In this document: positions 38,866 through 51,599 of the stretch, piece by piece
Position numbering within the stretch: position 1 is the stretch's first letter
Layout of the letters: each line of letters opens with the position of its first letter
DNA from: Eledone cirrhosa
Lineage: Eukaryota
Direction: 5' to 3'
DNA: 64,000 nucleotides
Assembly (NCBI GenBank): GCA_964016885.1
Contig: OZ024743.1
Span: forward strand, 185,938,001-186,002,000
Translations under genes and position numbers: made by a program
Notes under the pieces: model-generated
What the model saw: the letters and a program-made list of their open reading frames with translations, nothing else
What the model was told of the DNA's origin: nothing
Databases searched by the model: none

Positions 38866-41800
38866 CACTATTGTACAGTCAATCAGTAATATTTGAGGTA
38901 CCAGATTAACATCACACTACTGTACAGTCATTCAGTAATATTTAAGGTACCAGATTAACATCATTAGTGTACAGCCATTCAGTAATATATGAGGTACCAG
39001 ATTAAGATCACTGCTGTACAGTCATTCCGTAATATATGAGGTACCAGATTAACATCACTGCTGTACAGTCATTCAGTAATATTTGAGGTACCAGATTAAC
39101 ATCACTCAACTGTACAGTCATTCAGTAATATTTGAGGTACCAGATTAGCATCACTCAACTGTAGTCATTCAGTAATATTTGAGGTACCAGATTAGCATCA
39201 CTGCTGTACAGTCATTCAGTAATATATGAGGTACCAGATTAGCATCACTCAACTGTACAGTCATTCAGTAATATATGAGGTACCAGATTAGCATCACTGA
39301 TGTACAGTCATTCAGTAATATTCGAGGTACCAGATTAGCATCACTCAACTGTACAGTCATTCAGTAATATTTGAGGTACCAGATTAGCATCACACTACTG
39401 TACAGTCATTCAGTAATATATGAGGTACCAGATTAACATCACTGCTGTACAACAATCATTCCGTAATATTTGAGGTACCAGATTAACATCACTGCTGTAC
39501 ATTTATTCGGTAATATTCGAGGTACCAGATTAACATCACTGCTGTACAATCATTCCGTAATATATGAGGTACCAGATTAACATCACTGCTGTACAGTCAT
39601 TCAGTAATATATGAGGTACCAGATTAGCATCACTCAACTGTACAGTCATTCAGTAATATATGAGGTACCAGATTAGCATCACTCAACTGTACAGTCATTC
39701 AGTAATATATGAGGTACCAGATTAGCATCACACTACTGTACAGTCATTCAGTAATATTTGAGGTACCAGATTAGCATCACTCAACTGTAGTCATTCAGTA
39801 ATATTTGAGGTACCAGATTAGCATCACTCAACTGTAGTCATTCAGTAATATTTGAGGTACCAGATTAGCATCACACTACTGTACAGTTATTCCATAATAT
39901 TTGAGGTGCCAGATTAAGATCACTGCTGTATAGTCATTCAGTAATATATGAGGTACCAGATTAACATCACTGCTGTACAGTTATTCCGTAATATATGAGG
40001 TACCAGATTAGCATCACACTACTGTACAGTTATTCCGTAATATTTGAGGTACCAGATTAGCATCACACTACTGTACAGTTATTCCGTAATATTTGAGGTA
40101 CCAGATTAGCATCACTGCTGTACAGTCATTCAGTAATATATGAGGTACCAGATTAGCATCACAGCTGTACAGTCATTCAGTAATATTTGAGGTACCAGAT
40201 TAGCATTACTGCTGTACAGTCATTCAGTAATATATGAGGTACCAGATTAGCATCACACTACTGTACAGTCATTCAGTAATAGTTGACGTACCAGATTAGC
40301 ATCACTGCTGTACAGTCATTCAGTAATTTTGAGGTGCCAGATTAGCATCACACTACTGTACAGTTATTCCATAATATTTGAGGTGCCAGATTAAGATCAC
40401 TGCTGTACAGTCATTCAGTAATATATGAGGTACCAGATTAGCATCACTCAACTGTAGTCATTCAATAATATTTGAGGTACCAGATTAGCATCACACTACT
40501 GTAAAGTCATTCAGTAATTTTGAGGTACCAGATTAGTATCACACTACTGTACAGTTATTCCGTAATATTTGAGGTACCAGATTAGCATCACACTACTGTA
40601 CAGTTATTCCGTAATATTTGAGGTACCAGATTAGCATCACACTACTGTACAGTTATTCCGTAATATTTGAGGTACCAGATTAGTATCACACTACTGTACA
40701 GTTATTCCGTAATATTTGAGGTACCAGATTAGCATCACACTACTGTACAGTTATTCCGTAATATTTGAGGTACCAGATTAGTATCACACTACTGTACAGT
40801 TATTCCGTAATATTTGAGGTACCAGATTAGCATCACACTACTGTACAGTTATTCCGTAATATTTGAGGTACCAGATTAGTATCACACTACTGTACAGTTA
40901 TTCCGTAATATTTGAGGTACCAGATTAGCATCACACTACTGTACAGTTATTCCGTAATATTTGAGGTACCAGATTAGTATCACACTACTGTACAGTTATT
41001 CCGTAATATTTGAGGTACCAGATTAGCATCACACTACTGTACAGTTATTCCGTAATATTTGAGGTACCAGATTAACATCACTGCTGTACAGTCATTCAGT
41101 AATATATTAGGTACCAGATTAGCATCACTGCTGTACAGTTATTCAGTAATATTTGAGGTACCAGATTAACATCACTGCTGTACAGTCATTCAGTAATATA
41201 TGAGGTACCAGATTAACATCACTGCTGTACAGTCATTCAGTAATATATGAGGTACCAGATTAGCATCACTGCTGTATAGTCATTCAGTAATTTTGTGGTA
41301 CCAGATTAGCATCACACTACTGTACAGTTATTCCATAATATTTGAGGTACCAGATTAACATCACTGCTGTACAGTCATTCAGTAATATATGAGGTACCAG
41401 ATTAACATCACTGCTGTACAGTCATTCAGTAATATATGAGGTACCAGATTAGCATCACTGCTGTACAGTCATTCAGTAATTTTGTGGTACCAGATTAGTA
41501 TCACACTACTGTACAGTTATTCCATAATATTTGAGGTACCAGATTAACATCACTGCTGTACAGTCATTCAGTAATATTTGAGGTACCAGATTAGCATCAC
41601 ACTTCTGTACAGTTATTCAGTAATAGTTGACGTACCAGATTAGCATCACACTACTGTACAGTTATTCAGTAATAGTTGACGTACCAGATTAGCATCACAC
41701 TACTGTACAGTTATTCAGTAATAGTTGACGTACCACATTAGCATCACACTACTGTACAGTTATTCAGTAATAGTTGACGTACCAGATTAGCATCTCACTA

Positions 41801-41871
41801 CTGTACAGTCATTCAATAATAGTTGAGGTACCAGATTAACATCACTGCTGTACAGTCATTCAGTAATATAT
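38866..41871. repeat. 47-49 bp intronic minisatellite (~60 units)
   Basis: GAGGTACCAGATTAGCATCACACTACTGTACAGTTATTCCGTAATATTT and shorter variants. Confidence 0.97.
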
Positions 41872-43471
41872 TAAGTCAAGAGGATTAATACAGAGCCAAC
41901 TGTAGATTTGAACCAAAGGATCTCTGCAATATTCCTGGTACTTTAATCACTGCACCGCCTAGTATAATCATACACGTGCTACCATTCCTATGTAATCATT
42001 GTAGTTAAACAGAAGAGTTTGAGAATATCTTTAATTGAAGGATTAAGATTAAACAAAAGATGGAGATAATTATCTGATATATTTTATAGCAAACAACTGT
42101 GCAGCTGCTGTTTCATTGAATGCTTTTCCCCATTCTGAGTGTAATTTCTTTTATGTAAATTTGACATCAGCTTTATTTTAAATATGTATACATAGTTCCA
42201 TAATTATATATACTCTATTTTAACCATGTACACAACATAGTTTCATAATTATATATACACTCTCTCTCTTTTCCATACTTACATTAGTAGAAGGTATATG
42301 TTGTGAGTAAACATTCAATCTAGGCAGTAGGAATTAAATAATATTTATTTGACATCACTATCACCATCATTTTATGTCTGCTTTCTCTGCGGGTATAAGT
42401 TAGTCACATTGTCATAGTTCTGGTTAGTTCTTATTTGAAGTTGATGCCCACCTAGATGGGTTGGAATACCTCATCTGTGATAGAGGAGAGAGAGAGAGAC
42501 GCACTCACATACCCCTACCTATATCATCATCATCATTGTTTTGGTAGGACACTTTTTTTTCAAACTCTAACAACAACTAGTGATTGATTTACCTACGGTA
42601 GTTAGTGACATGAAGGTATTCACTTTTGGTCAATATCATTGTGAACAATACCAAATTTTCTGTCAAAACTCAGGTTATATACCTTTTTTTGTGAAAGTTC
42701 AGTAATTTGAGACCAGGATATTTTGTTATTGATATTAGGAACCTTTTAAACTCTTAATGACCTGCACCATGAAACTGCATTGGCAAAACATACTTGGAAA
42801 GACAAATCAGCACCATGACTCCATCATATTAAAAATTAAAGTCTTTACTTGAATACTGCAAATTTTCACAACAATCTTTCACAAAAACCTGTGTTTGAAT
42901 ATTTTTTATTGGGTAATACAAAGTTGTCTTAAGTAATGAAATTATTACATGATGATAAGTGTTCCACTTCATGAAATATCTGTTTTACCCTAAGATATAG
43001 TCAACTACTTGATTGATATTTTCCATTGTTTAAACATTTTACTGTCAGCAGGTTGTCATACTTGACTACTGTTGAGTAATCTAATTGTTAGGGAAAAAAA
43101 GTGCTGAAATAAAAACTATACCATCTTAAAATGATACATTTTACTTAAACAATGTAGCTTGAAGAAGACCTAAGCTGTGAACTTGAGGATAAAGTCAGAT
43201 TTGAAGATTAAGACATAACAACATGAACAGTTTATTTTTAGTTTAGTGCTACTGTTGTCTCTTTGACATAAACAGAAATTTATGCTTGTTTTGCTCCTAC
43301 TCCCTATATTACTGATTTTGTCCTGAAAGTTTTTCTCTCTTTTATTATAATTGTGTGCATTTCATTTGCTTCTATTAATACAAAAACCAATGATTTGAAG
43401 TGAATAATAATAATAATAATAATTTTTATCCTACTTAAATTTTCTTTTTCTCTGGCTCCACAGCCATTTGT

Positions 43472-43590
43472 TAAATAAAACTAGTGTGTTAAATAGAACT
43501 AGTGTGTTAAATAGAACTAGTGTGTTAAATAGAACTAGTGTGTTAAATAGAACTAGTGTGTTAAATGGAACTAGTGTTATAAATAGAACT
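43472..43590. repeat. 18-bp tandem repeat (~6 units)
   Basis: AATAGAACTAGTGTGTTA. Confidence 0.95.
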
Positions 43591-43911
43591 ATATTAAGCA
43601 CATAACTTAATATATATCTTAATTAACTACCAATTTGAGTGCTAATGACATGCAAATTAGTACATCCATTTTAGGATACTACTATAAGTGATAGTATTTG
43701 CAGTATTGGTAGGGTGTCGGACAACTTGCTTTGTGGGTGCACTTACTCTACCACTTTACAGAGTGGACTAGGTGCTTTTTATCATGGCACCAGCATAACC
43801 ACCCCACACTGGGCTGTATCTCTACTATAATTCAGCAGCTGACAAAGGAGAAACTTTAAAATAATTTGAAAATACTGCTTTTAACATTATTATTATTTCA
43901 GTTTCCAATAG

Positions 43912-44132
43912 GGTATTGAATTGGCAGTATCATTAAAGCATCAGATAACATGCTTTGTGGTACAGTTACAGCCCTTTATGTTCTGTGTTCAAATCCTGCT
44001 GAGGTTAGCTTTGTCTTTCATCTTTATGGGGGTTGATAAAATAAAGCACCAGTAATGGACTGGGGTTGATTTAATCGACTTTCTACTCCCCTAAAATTGT
44101 AGGTCTTGTGCCTAAATCAGAAACCATTATTT
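43912..44132 (+). mobile_element. SINE copy
   Basis: GAATTGGCAGTATC head, GTTCAAATCC, core and CCTAAATCAGAAACC tail. Confidence 0.75.
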
Positions 44133-44637
44133 TCATGTTAACAGACAGAAATATTATAGTGATTGAAGTGGTTAAAAATAATCCCCTCAATTACATATTT
44201 CCTTGTGGTTGTTTAGATGATATACTTATCTTCCGATGAAAGCCCAAATAGGTTTGAAAACTGGTTAACTGTGTTTATCATGTTTTCAGTTTAAAGGGAA
44301 ATATGTATATTTGGTATGTTTACATGTCTTACATGTCTATATACTAAAAATGTGTAAATTAAAAGCCAGTCCGTGTGTGTGAAGAGAGAGGCCGTGAAAC
44401 ATACATATACACCAGGTCTGAACACAAAGGAATCAAACTCCCACTGTCACTGCCTCCATTTCTCCCGCTCTCCCCATCTCTCACTATTAAGAGCAAATGG
44501 GGGCCCATGTGCTGGCTGCCCCGCGACCCCGGCGGACAGAATAGAGAAGACATTTCCCTTGAGGATGGTAAGGGAGATGCGTTGGAAGAGCCATTATATA
44601 CACATTTTGCAGTTTCAGTTACCTCTATTCTATTCTA

Positions 44638-44722
<85 letters not shown>

Positions 44723-44724
44723 CA

Positions 44725-45215
44725 CTGGGACGAGCTGATAAACTCCGACCTCACACACTTACACCTCTCCAAGACAATGTCACTGGACCGAGACCTTTGG
44801 CGGTACTCAGTAATAGAGAAGACCCGCCTTACCTAAATACATAGTAAAACCTACTACAGTCAGTAGGCATCTCTAACAAAATACACCCCCGTCCCACCAC
44901 CCTCACCCCATCCACACCACCCCGTTCTATGTAAAGTTATGTTGGTGCCACACCATCCAGGCCAAAACAAATGAGGTCGTGTAGGTGTCACGACAAAAAA
45001 ACACACAGTCCACGCTGTAATGTGGCCGTGTAGGCAACACAGTAAAAACCTCCCAGACCCACACTGTAAATGTGGTTGGTGTTAGGAAGGGCATCCAACT
45101 GTAGAAAACCTGCCAGATAGTCCTATGCGAGCAAGACAATCACTCTTGCCTCAAGTGGGACTACCCCCGTCCAAACCCATGCAAGCGTGGAACACGGACA
45201 ACGTTGATGATGACA
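44725..45215 (+). mobile_element. 5'-truncated 3' end of the RTE-like LINE
   Basis: WDELINSDL...DRDLWRYSVIEKTRLT, then a 3' UTR colinear with 23310-23810 (-); inserted among (CT)n(TA)n. Confidence 0.85.
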
Positions 45216-45741
45216 CATATACATATATAACTTTAAATAGAACTAGTATCAATGTTGCAGCCACTTCACCAAAACAAAGTAATTTGTCCAATGACACAAT
45301 AGATTGGTCCCTACCAAATTTAGAGTTATAACCTGTGTAATATGAATTTCACATTTTGAACTTATCAGCATCTATCTTTGTTTGTCATCAGTTAATTAAC
45401 TGTTTAAAAGTATAATTAATTGCTTATTTACAATGTGTGTATTTTGCATGGGTATGTTTTGAAGATCTATGAAACCTTAATTCTAAGATTGTCTTGTGAA
45501 ACTAAAATAGAAAATGTATTAAAAAAAATATTAACTGCCAATTGTAACTGTGCATTTTTTATCCTGCAGCTGTTGGTAAAATGATTGGATTTGAAAATAT
45601 TTAGATTTTATCTTTTTGTCATGCAATTGTTTAACTCTTAATGTCCTGTACCACATGAAATTACATTAGCAAGACATTCTTGAAAAGTATAAAACAGCAC
45701 TATGACTGTACCACATTAAAAATTAAATTTACACTAATACA

Positions 45742-46040
45742 AGGTGGCGAATTGGCAGAGTCGTTAGAATATCGGACAGAATGTTTTGTGATATTCATTT
45801 TGGCTCTCTATACTCTTTGAGTTCAAAACTCGCCAAGGTCAACTTTGCCTTTCATCCTTTTGAGGTTGATAAAAAATGTATCAGTTCAGTACTGGGGCTG
45901 ATTCTTCTTCTATATCTCTTTCTCACTTCCTCTCTTTCTCTGAAAGAAATCAGCTGTGTTCAGATCTGGAGAGGGGATAGGCTCTGTGAGATTTTAAATG
46001 CCTAAGAGAGGGTGCCACTATGACTCCACCAGGAGTTAGC
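45742..46040 (+). mobile_element. SINE with extended tail
   Basis: AGGTGGCGAATTGGCAGAGTCGTTAGA head; homolog of 10860-11180. Confidence 0.75.
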
Positions 46041-46684
46041 GGTTTATCTATATTTAACTACTTTAATACTGCAAATTTCCAAAACAATCTGTCCACTTGT
46101 AAACATATTATAAACATTTGAATAAACAAACCTGTTTTTAGATGTTTTCTGCTGAATCATTACAGGATGTTATGAGTTAAACTGATTCAAAATGATAACT
46201 ATGCATGTTTTTATTAATCTTTGATATTTATTCCAGAAGCTTCTGTTTTTATCTGTTTTGTTGGCCAATTTAAAATTATATATTACGCTAGTGTTTACTA
46301 TATTTTAAAAATTTTGTGTCAATTTATTTTCGCTATGGCATTGCTACAAATATGATTTTGCTAAAGCATTTATTCAATAAGTGATTGCGTTGCACAGAGA
46401 AATAAGTGAAACCTTATGCATACATGCATTAACAGTCACACTCTCAATTATTTCATTTCACTACACACCTATATCAACTCATTAAAGCTTACATAAACCA
46501 TCCATGAAAATTGAGTAATATATTGAAATTGTTGTCTTTTCTCATTTCTCACTATTTTCTTTTCTCTATAAAATTATACATTTTTGAAGGAAATTATAAT
46601 TTTTCCACAAAATGGATTGCATATTTCTGAATATATGATTTTAGATGAGATTCTTTTTATTTCAGTCAGACAATATTCCTCTTT

Positions 46685-46965
46685 TTCTTCTTTGCTCACT
46701 TATTCCTGAGAGGGTTGTGGGGACAGAGTCCTCAAACACTCCTGTGAGAAGTAACCATCTCCAACTGATCCAGCTGGATCCCTAAGCAAGACCAGCCAAG
46801 CTTATGGATGTTATCCAACCATCTTGCTCGGGGTCTACCCCTGGGTCTCCTGCTGGTTGGTTTTGCCCATAAAATCTGTCCAGCGATTCTTTTCTGAGAC
46901 ATTCTAACCACAGTATCGGAGCTCTGATCTCCGAGTTACACACTTTATTGATAATATTGGTTCTC
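46685..46965 (-). mobile_element. RTE LINE 3' end fragment
   Basis: Minus-strand ..KTN/QQ..RPRGRPRARWLDNI-type end; terminal CTTATTCCTGAGAG shared with about 3285. Confidence 0.6.
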
Positions 46966-47229
46966 ATAATTTTGAATATATTTTATAATAATTAAAAAAT
47001 AAAAACAAACATTCTATAAAGGATTTATTTAAAAGTTTAGTGAGAGGAGGCAATACCTATGATCCTTTTCAGGACTGGTGAGAGAAAGGAGAGAGTTCTC
47101 TTTAGATTGCAGACCTGGCATGAGTGCTTACAGCAGTGGGAATTCTGCTGCTAAAGGCTATTAAAAGTTGATCAACATGTGGTTTTGTACTTTAGCTATA
47201 GTGAGTTCATCATATATATTATAAAGAGC

Positions 47230-48630
47230 ACATGTGAAATAGATTGCCTCAATTGCCTGGGAGGTTCCCAAGAAATTGTCGACAGTTTTTGTTACCTAGG
47301 TAACCTAATAAGCCATGGGGGATGATGCTCTAAAAGTGTAAGAGCAGGCTGGAAGAAGTTTGGGGGTTAGTACTTCTGCTGACAAAGGGTTTCTCACTCA
47401 GAGTGAAGGGTAGACTGTATGATGCATGCATTCAAACTGTAGAAGATCTGCAAAGGCTAGAAAGAAATGAAGTGAGTATAGTCCAATGGATGTGTAAGGT
47501 TACTATGCATTAATGATGTAGCATAAGTGAGCTGAAAGAAAAACTCTGTATAAAAGGGGTCTATTGTAATGTGCAAGAGGGAAGTCTGTGATTGTATGGA
47601 CATGTGATGTGTATGGAAGATGACAGCTGTATAAAGAAGTGTTGAGAAATCTCAGTAGATAAGACTTGTAGAGGTGAGCCTAAAAAATCTTGGGATGAAG
47701 TAGTGAAGATTAATCTTAGGAAGTTGAATCTTATGACAGAGAAGACAGAGGACTGTGAGGATTGGTGACATGTGGTACTGGAGAAGACTTGTCAGCCAGC
47801 ATAAAAATGTATGGGGCAATTGGTGTTTGGCAGGGCTTCCAGCAGTAGAAATCATGCCAAAAAAAGAGTTGAGATGACCCTTCAGTGATGGCAGGTTAAC
47901 CTCTATAGTGTTGGTGACACAATACACCCAGTACATTCTGAAAAGTGGTTGGTGACAGGAAGGCCATCCAGCTATAGAAAACATGCCACACAAACAGGAG
48001 AGAGGACTTTTTTCTGTTTGTGTGTTTGTCAATTTTCCATGCTTGCATGAGCTGGACTGGTCCTTTCTAGCACATCTTTCCTCCACTCATAGTGTTCCTT
48101 CATCACCTCTGCGAGGTTCAGTATTTTGAGATCAGCTCTAACCACCACTGGAGAGAAATGAAGCAAGCTTACTTCATTTTTCTTTAGCCTCCATTTATCT
48201 TCTGCATCTAATCCCTATGTCTCACTACCATGCAACATTGCACTTCTCATGAAGCCATCATACAAACTGCTCTTTGTTTATAGAAAAGATACCTTTGTTG
48301 TCAACAGAGGTAGTAGCCCCGTAAACCTTTTCCAGCCTTTTCTTATTCTAGTTAATATGCTTTCAAAGCAACCTCCTCCACTGCTAATTAGGTCACCTAA
48401 CAAAAGCTATCAACTGCTTCTATGGCACCTTCCTGGTATTGGGAAAGATGTATTTCACTGCTGTTCTTACTATCCACTATTCCTGTGCATCTACCACATG
48501 CAAAACCTATCTTTTTTTTTAGTCTGCCTCCAATCCCATTACACCTTTTGTGTACCAATATCTTATACAATGTACATCAAATACAGTTCCTATCTAATCC
48601 GTTTCTACATATGGAACATGGCTACTTTTT
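47230..48630. mobile_element. Two opposed RTE-like LINE fragments
   Basis: + copy 47230-47990 (VDSFCYLG..GWKKF..KGRLYDACI); - copy 48030-48630 covers overlapping homologous sequence. Confidence 0.7.
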
Positions 48631-49584
48631 AATACATATATATATATATACATATATATATAATTTCTGTTAGTCTATTTATGATTTATGTATGCTTTAT
48701 TTCTTTAATTTTGCAGTTGTATTCTTACAGTTAAAATTTGGCTTTAATTTATCATATTTTATTGCCATTTATTTTCTTTCATTCAAAATCCTAAACATCA
48801 ATTTTGTCTTTTCATATTGTAATCGGATAGAATAATGTTGTGTAACATAGAGAGATATCTCTTTATGATTATGTAAAGTTTCCTTTTTATTTTGTACTCA
48901 TAGCTATGTTGGATCAGTGTGACAGCTTTTGTTATAAAAATTAGCGTAATGTTTGGAAAATATTGATAGGAATTGTATTATGGCTATGTTGGGTTAGTGT
49001 GACAACTTTCATAATGAAATCAGTTTAATGTTCAGAAAATATTGATAGAAATTTGGCCAAACTTCATGTTTAATATGTAATTGTTGTTGTTGCTAATTGT
49101 TACGTTGTTTTACTCCATCTTTCAGATAAGAAATGTTTAGATTTTTAATTGAACGTATGTATTTTAGTGAATATGGTCTTTTAAATCAATTGTGTATATG
49201 TGTGGATTGTGTTATTCCTGCTATCATCTAGTCTGAAATGAATAGAATCAGAAATTTAAACTTTGCATGGTCAGGTCACGGGGACTAAACCGGCAACCCC
49301 ACCAAACCTGCTTGGTGAGGAGGGTGATTTTTGGTCACCCTGTGGGATGAAAACAAAGCTCAACAAAAGGTGGAGGAAATTGTGAGAGTCAACAGTCATC
49401 CAATAGTATACATATATGATAAAGTACCTTGTTGTGGTAGAGTAGATTGTATGTTCTTTTGATGTGGAGGGCTATATTAGCAGGAGTCTAACTCCTGATA
49501 AGTCCAGTAATACCAGACAAGCTGATGAGTAAAATCCAGACTAAACCTTAATTGCTAGAGGAGTAAAGCTGAATAAAGTCTGTC

Positions 49585-49855
49585 TGAAGTCATTTAAGGC
49601 TCGTTAGGCCGGTGCTTATCTTGGTTTCATGGTAAGAAGCAACTGAAAGTACAAGACTTCCCTCTGGACAGGATGCCAGTTCATTGCAGGGTTAAACCAG
49701 CTGTTGCTGGTACTCATTTTCAGCTGAGTATACTGGAGCAATGTGAAATGAAGTGTTTTGCTCAAGAACACAGTATGCAACCCAGCCTAGGAATCAAACC
49801 CATGACATTATGATCGTAAGTCCAACACTCTTACCACTAGGCCATACACCTCCAC
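49585..49855 (-). mobile_element. tRNA-headed SINE
   Basis: Reverse complement GGAGGTGTATGGCCTAGTGGTAAGAGTG...GGTTTGATTCC; tail shared with 5925-6060. Confidence 0.75.
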
Positions 49856-50289
49856 TATAGTAAACTTCAATGGCAAAAAAAGAAAATTCCATTTTGGGTT
49901 GGCAGCATGGTGGATGAGTGACATTAGTGAAAGAGCTAGAGTTAAATCAACAGTGATTCATTCTAGACACTGAGTGAAAGAATGTCCTGTCAATGATCAG
50001 GATCAAAAGATATCAGTAAGTGAAAGACTGCAGCATGCATTGATGAGTAGCACTGGATGCATGTATTAATGAACAATTGAAACTCATTATGTCAGAAAAA
50101 CTGATGAGTGACCCGGCAGTTGGCAAAGATAGATAGATGTTTAGAAAATATATAATAAGAAATCCAGTTGTCATTGCCACTCATTTATATGGGTATTTTA
50201 ACTATTTTTTACATAGACCCTTTATTAATTTCTATACTGTTGATGAAGAGACATTTTAAAATAGTTTTTTCTGTTGTTATTTTTGATAG

Positions 50290-50490
50290 CGGGCAGTTAG
50301 CCTGGTCGCAGTTGTTACAGCTGAGGAAGAGAAGGCGGCTGAAATGGCTCAAAATAAGGAGAAAGAATTGATTGCAATGGAACGAAAACATATCTACAAA
50401 CAGATGAATGAAATCTATGTTGAACGGGAAAAAGCTTTCAAATCCATTGAAGATTTCTATCAAGATAAGATGAAGGCTCTCCAAAGCCAG
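50290..50490 (+). CDS. CHCHD3: MIC19/MIC25-like exon 4 (coiled coil)
   Basis: TTTTGATAG acceptor; RAVSLVAVVTAEEEKAAEMAQNKEKELIAMERK...FKSIEDFYQDKMKALQSQ (cf. DAFYKEQLARLE); donor CAG|GTTTGT; 201 nt. Confidence 0.8.
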
Positions 50491-51330
50491 GTTTGTATTT
50501 CTATTTTAAAAAAACAAATTTAAGAATGAAATCTCTTTGTATTTATATATATAGTGAAATAAAATAGCAAGGACGATTGGTTACTCCTTCATTACGTTTA
50601 TTGATTGGTGACGCACGTTTCGCCACTGATCAGCTCAAGGTTCGATCTGTATGTATCTACAGGTGAACCTACAGTAACTCTAAGTTACACTCCCTGGATA
50701 TATATATATGTTCTTTTATTATTTTACTGGTTTCAGTCATTAGACTGCTGCCATACTGGGGCGCTGCCTTGATTTAGTCGATCATATCGACTCTAATACT
50801 TATTTTTTCAAGTCTGGTATGTATTTTATCAATCTCTTTTTGTACAGGACACAGATACAAACGTAAGCATAGACATGCACACACATGCACACACACTAGA
50901 TACACAAGGCTTCTGCAATTTCTGTCTACTAAATTCCACTCATGGCATTGGTTTATATGTTAGTTATTAATTGCTCACATAGAAAGAAGCTTTGTAGGTA
51001 ATTACATTCTGTACTGTTTATACTTTTGTGATGAAGTGTGAGTAATTTATTTCAGTAATAAACTAAATTAAACTAAATTAACAAATATACTAATAAAACA
51101 GAAATAGGAGTAAAAATATTTTTCAGGGTTTGGGGATTTCAGTTTTTTTCTTATATATTCTTATAATAGATCTTGTCTCATAAAATCAAACTGCTGAAGT
51201 GACCAAATTACACACATACACAACATTCATTCTCTCTCTCACACACATTTTTTGTGAGTTTCTGCTATATTTCCTTTTTGTTTTCTTCCATAAAATAAAT
51301 AGTTTCTCTAATTTCCATTGTGTATTCCAG

Positions 51331-51401
51331 AGTTCAAAGATGAACACTGCCACAAGACAAGAATTTGCCAAAGCTGTAGAGGAAGTGGAAAACAAATTTT
51401 T
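51331..51401 (+). CDS. CHCHD3: MIC19/MIC25-like exon 5; CHCH exon expected beyond the window
   Basis: TTCCAG acceptor; SSKMNTATRQEFAKAVEEVENKF (cf. TTEQYQKAAEEVEAKF); donor TT|GTGAGT. Confidence 0.9.
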
Positions 51402-51599
51402 GTGAGTAAATTCTGATATTGTTATTGCGGTGGTGGGGAAAATATTTCATATGTTTACTTAATGTAATTATTTCTTTTGTTTTGTAAAAAAAAAAGCAAG
51501 ACAACTACAACTTGTTTTTATATTCTGTTGGGTATTTTGTATTCCTAGAGTGCATTTAAGATGGAGTTATAAATGGTACTCAATTTTGATTATACAGAA

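Noticed and set aside
38866-41871. CRISPR-like array
   Set aside because: Head-to-tail units without unique spacers, no cas genes, eukaryotic intron context.
49490-50130. Several CTGATGAG-like motifs as hammerhead cores
   Set aside because: No properly placed helix II + GAAA + NUH could be built.
50600-50645. Minus-strand GGCGAAACGTGCGTC...AATAAA as a Penelope hammerhead
   Set aside because: The 5' core reads CTGATCA with no helix II; at most a relic.
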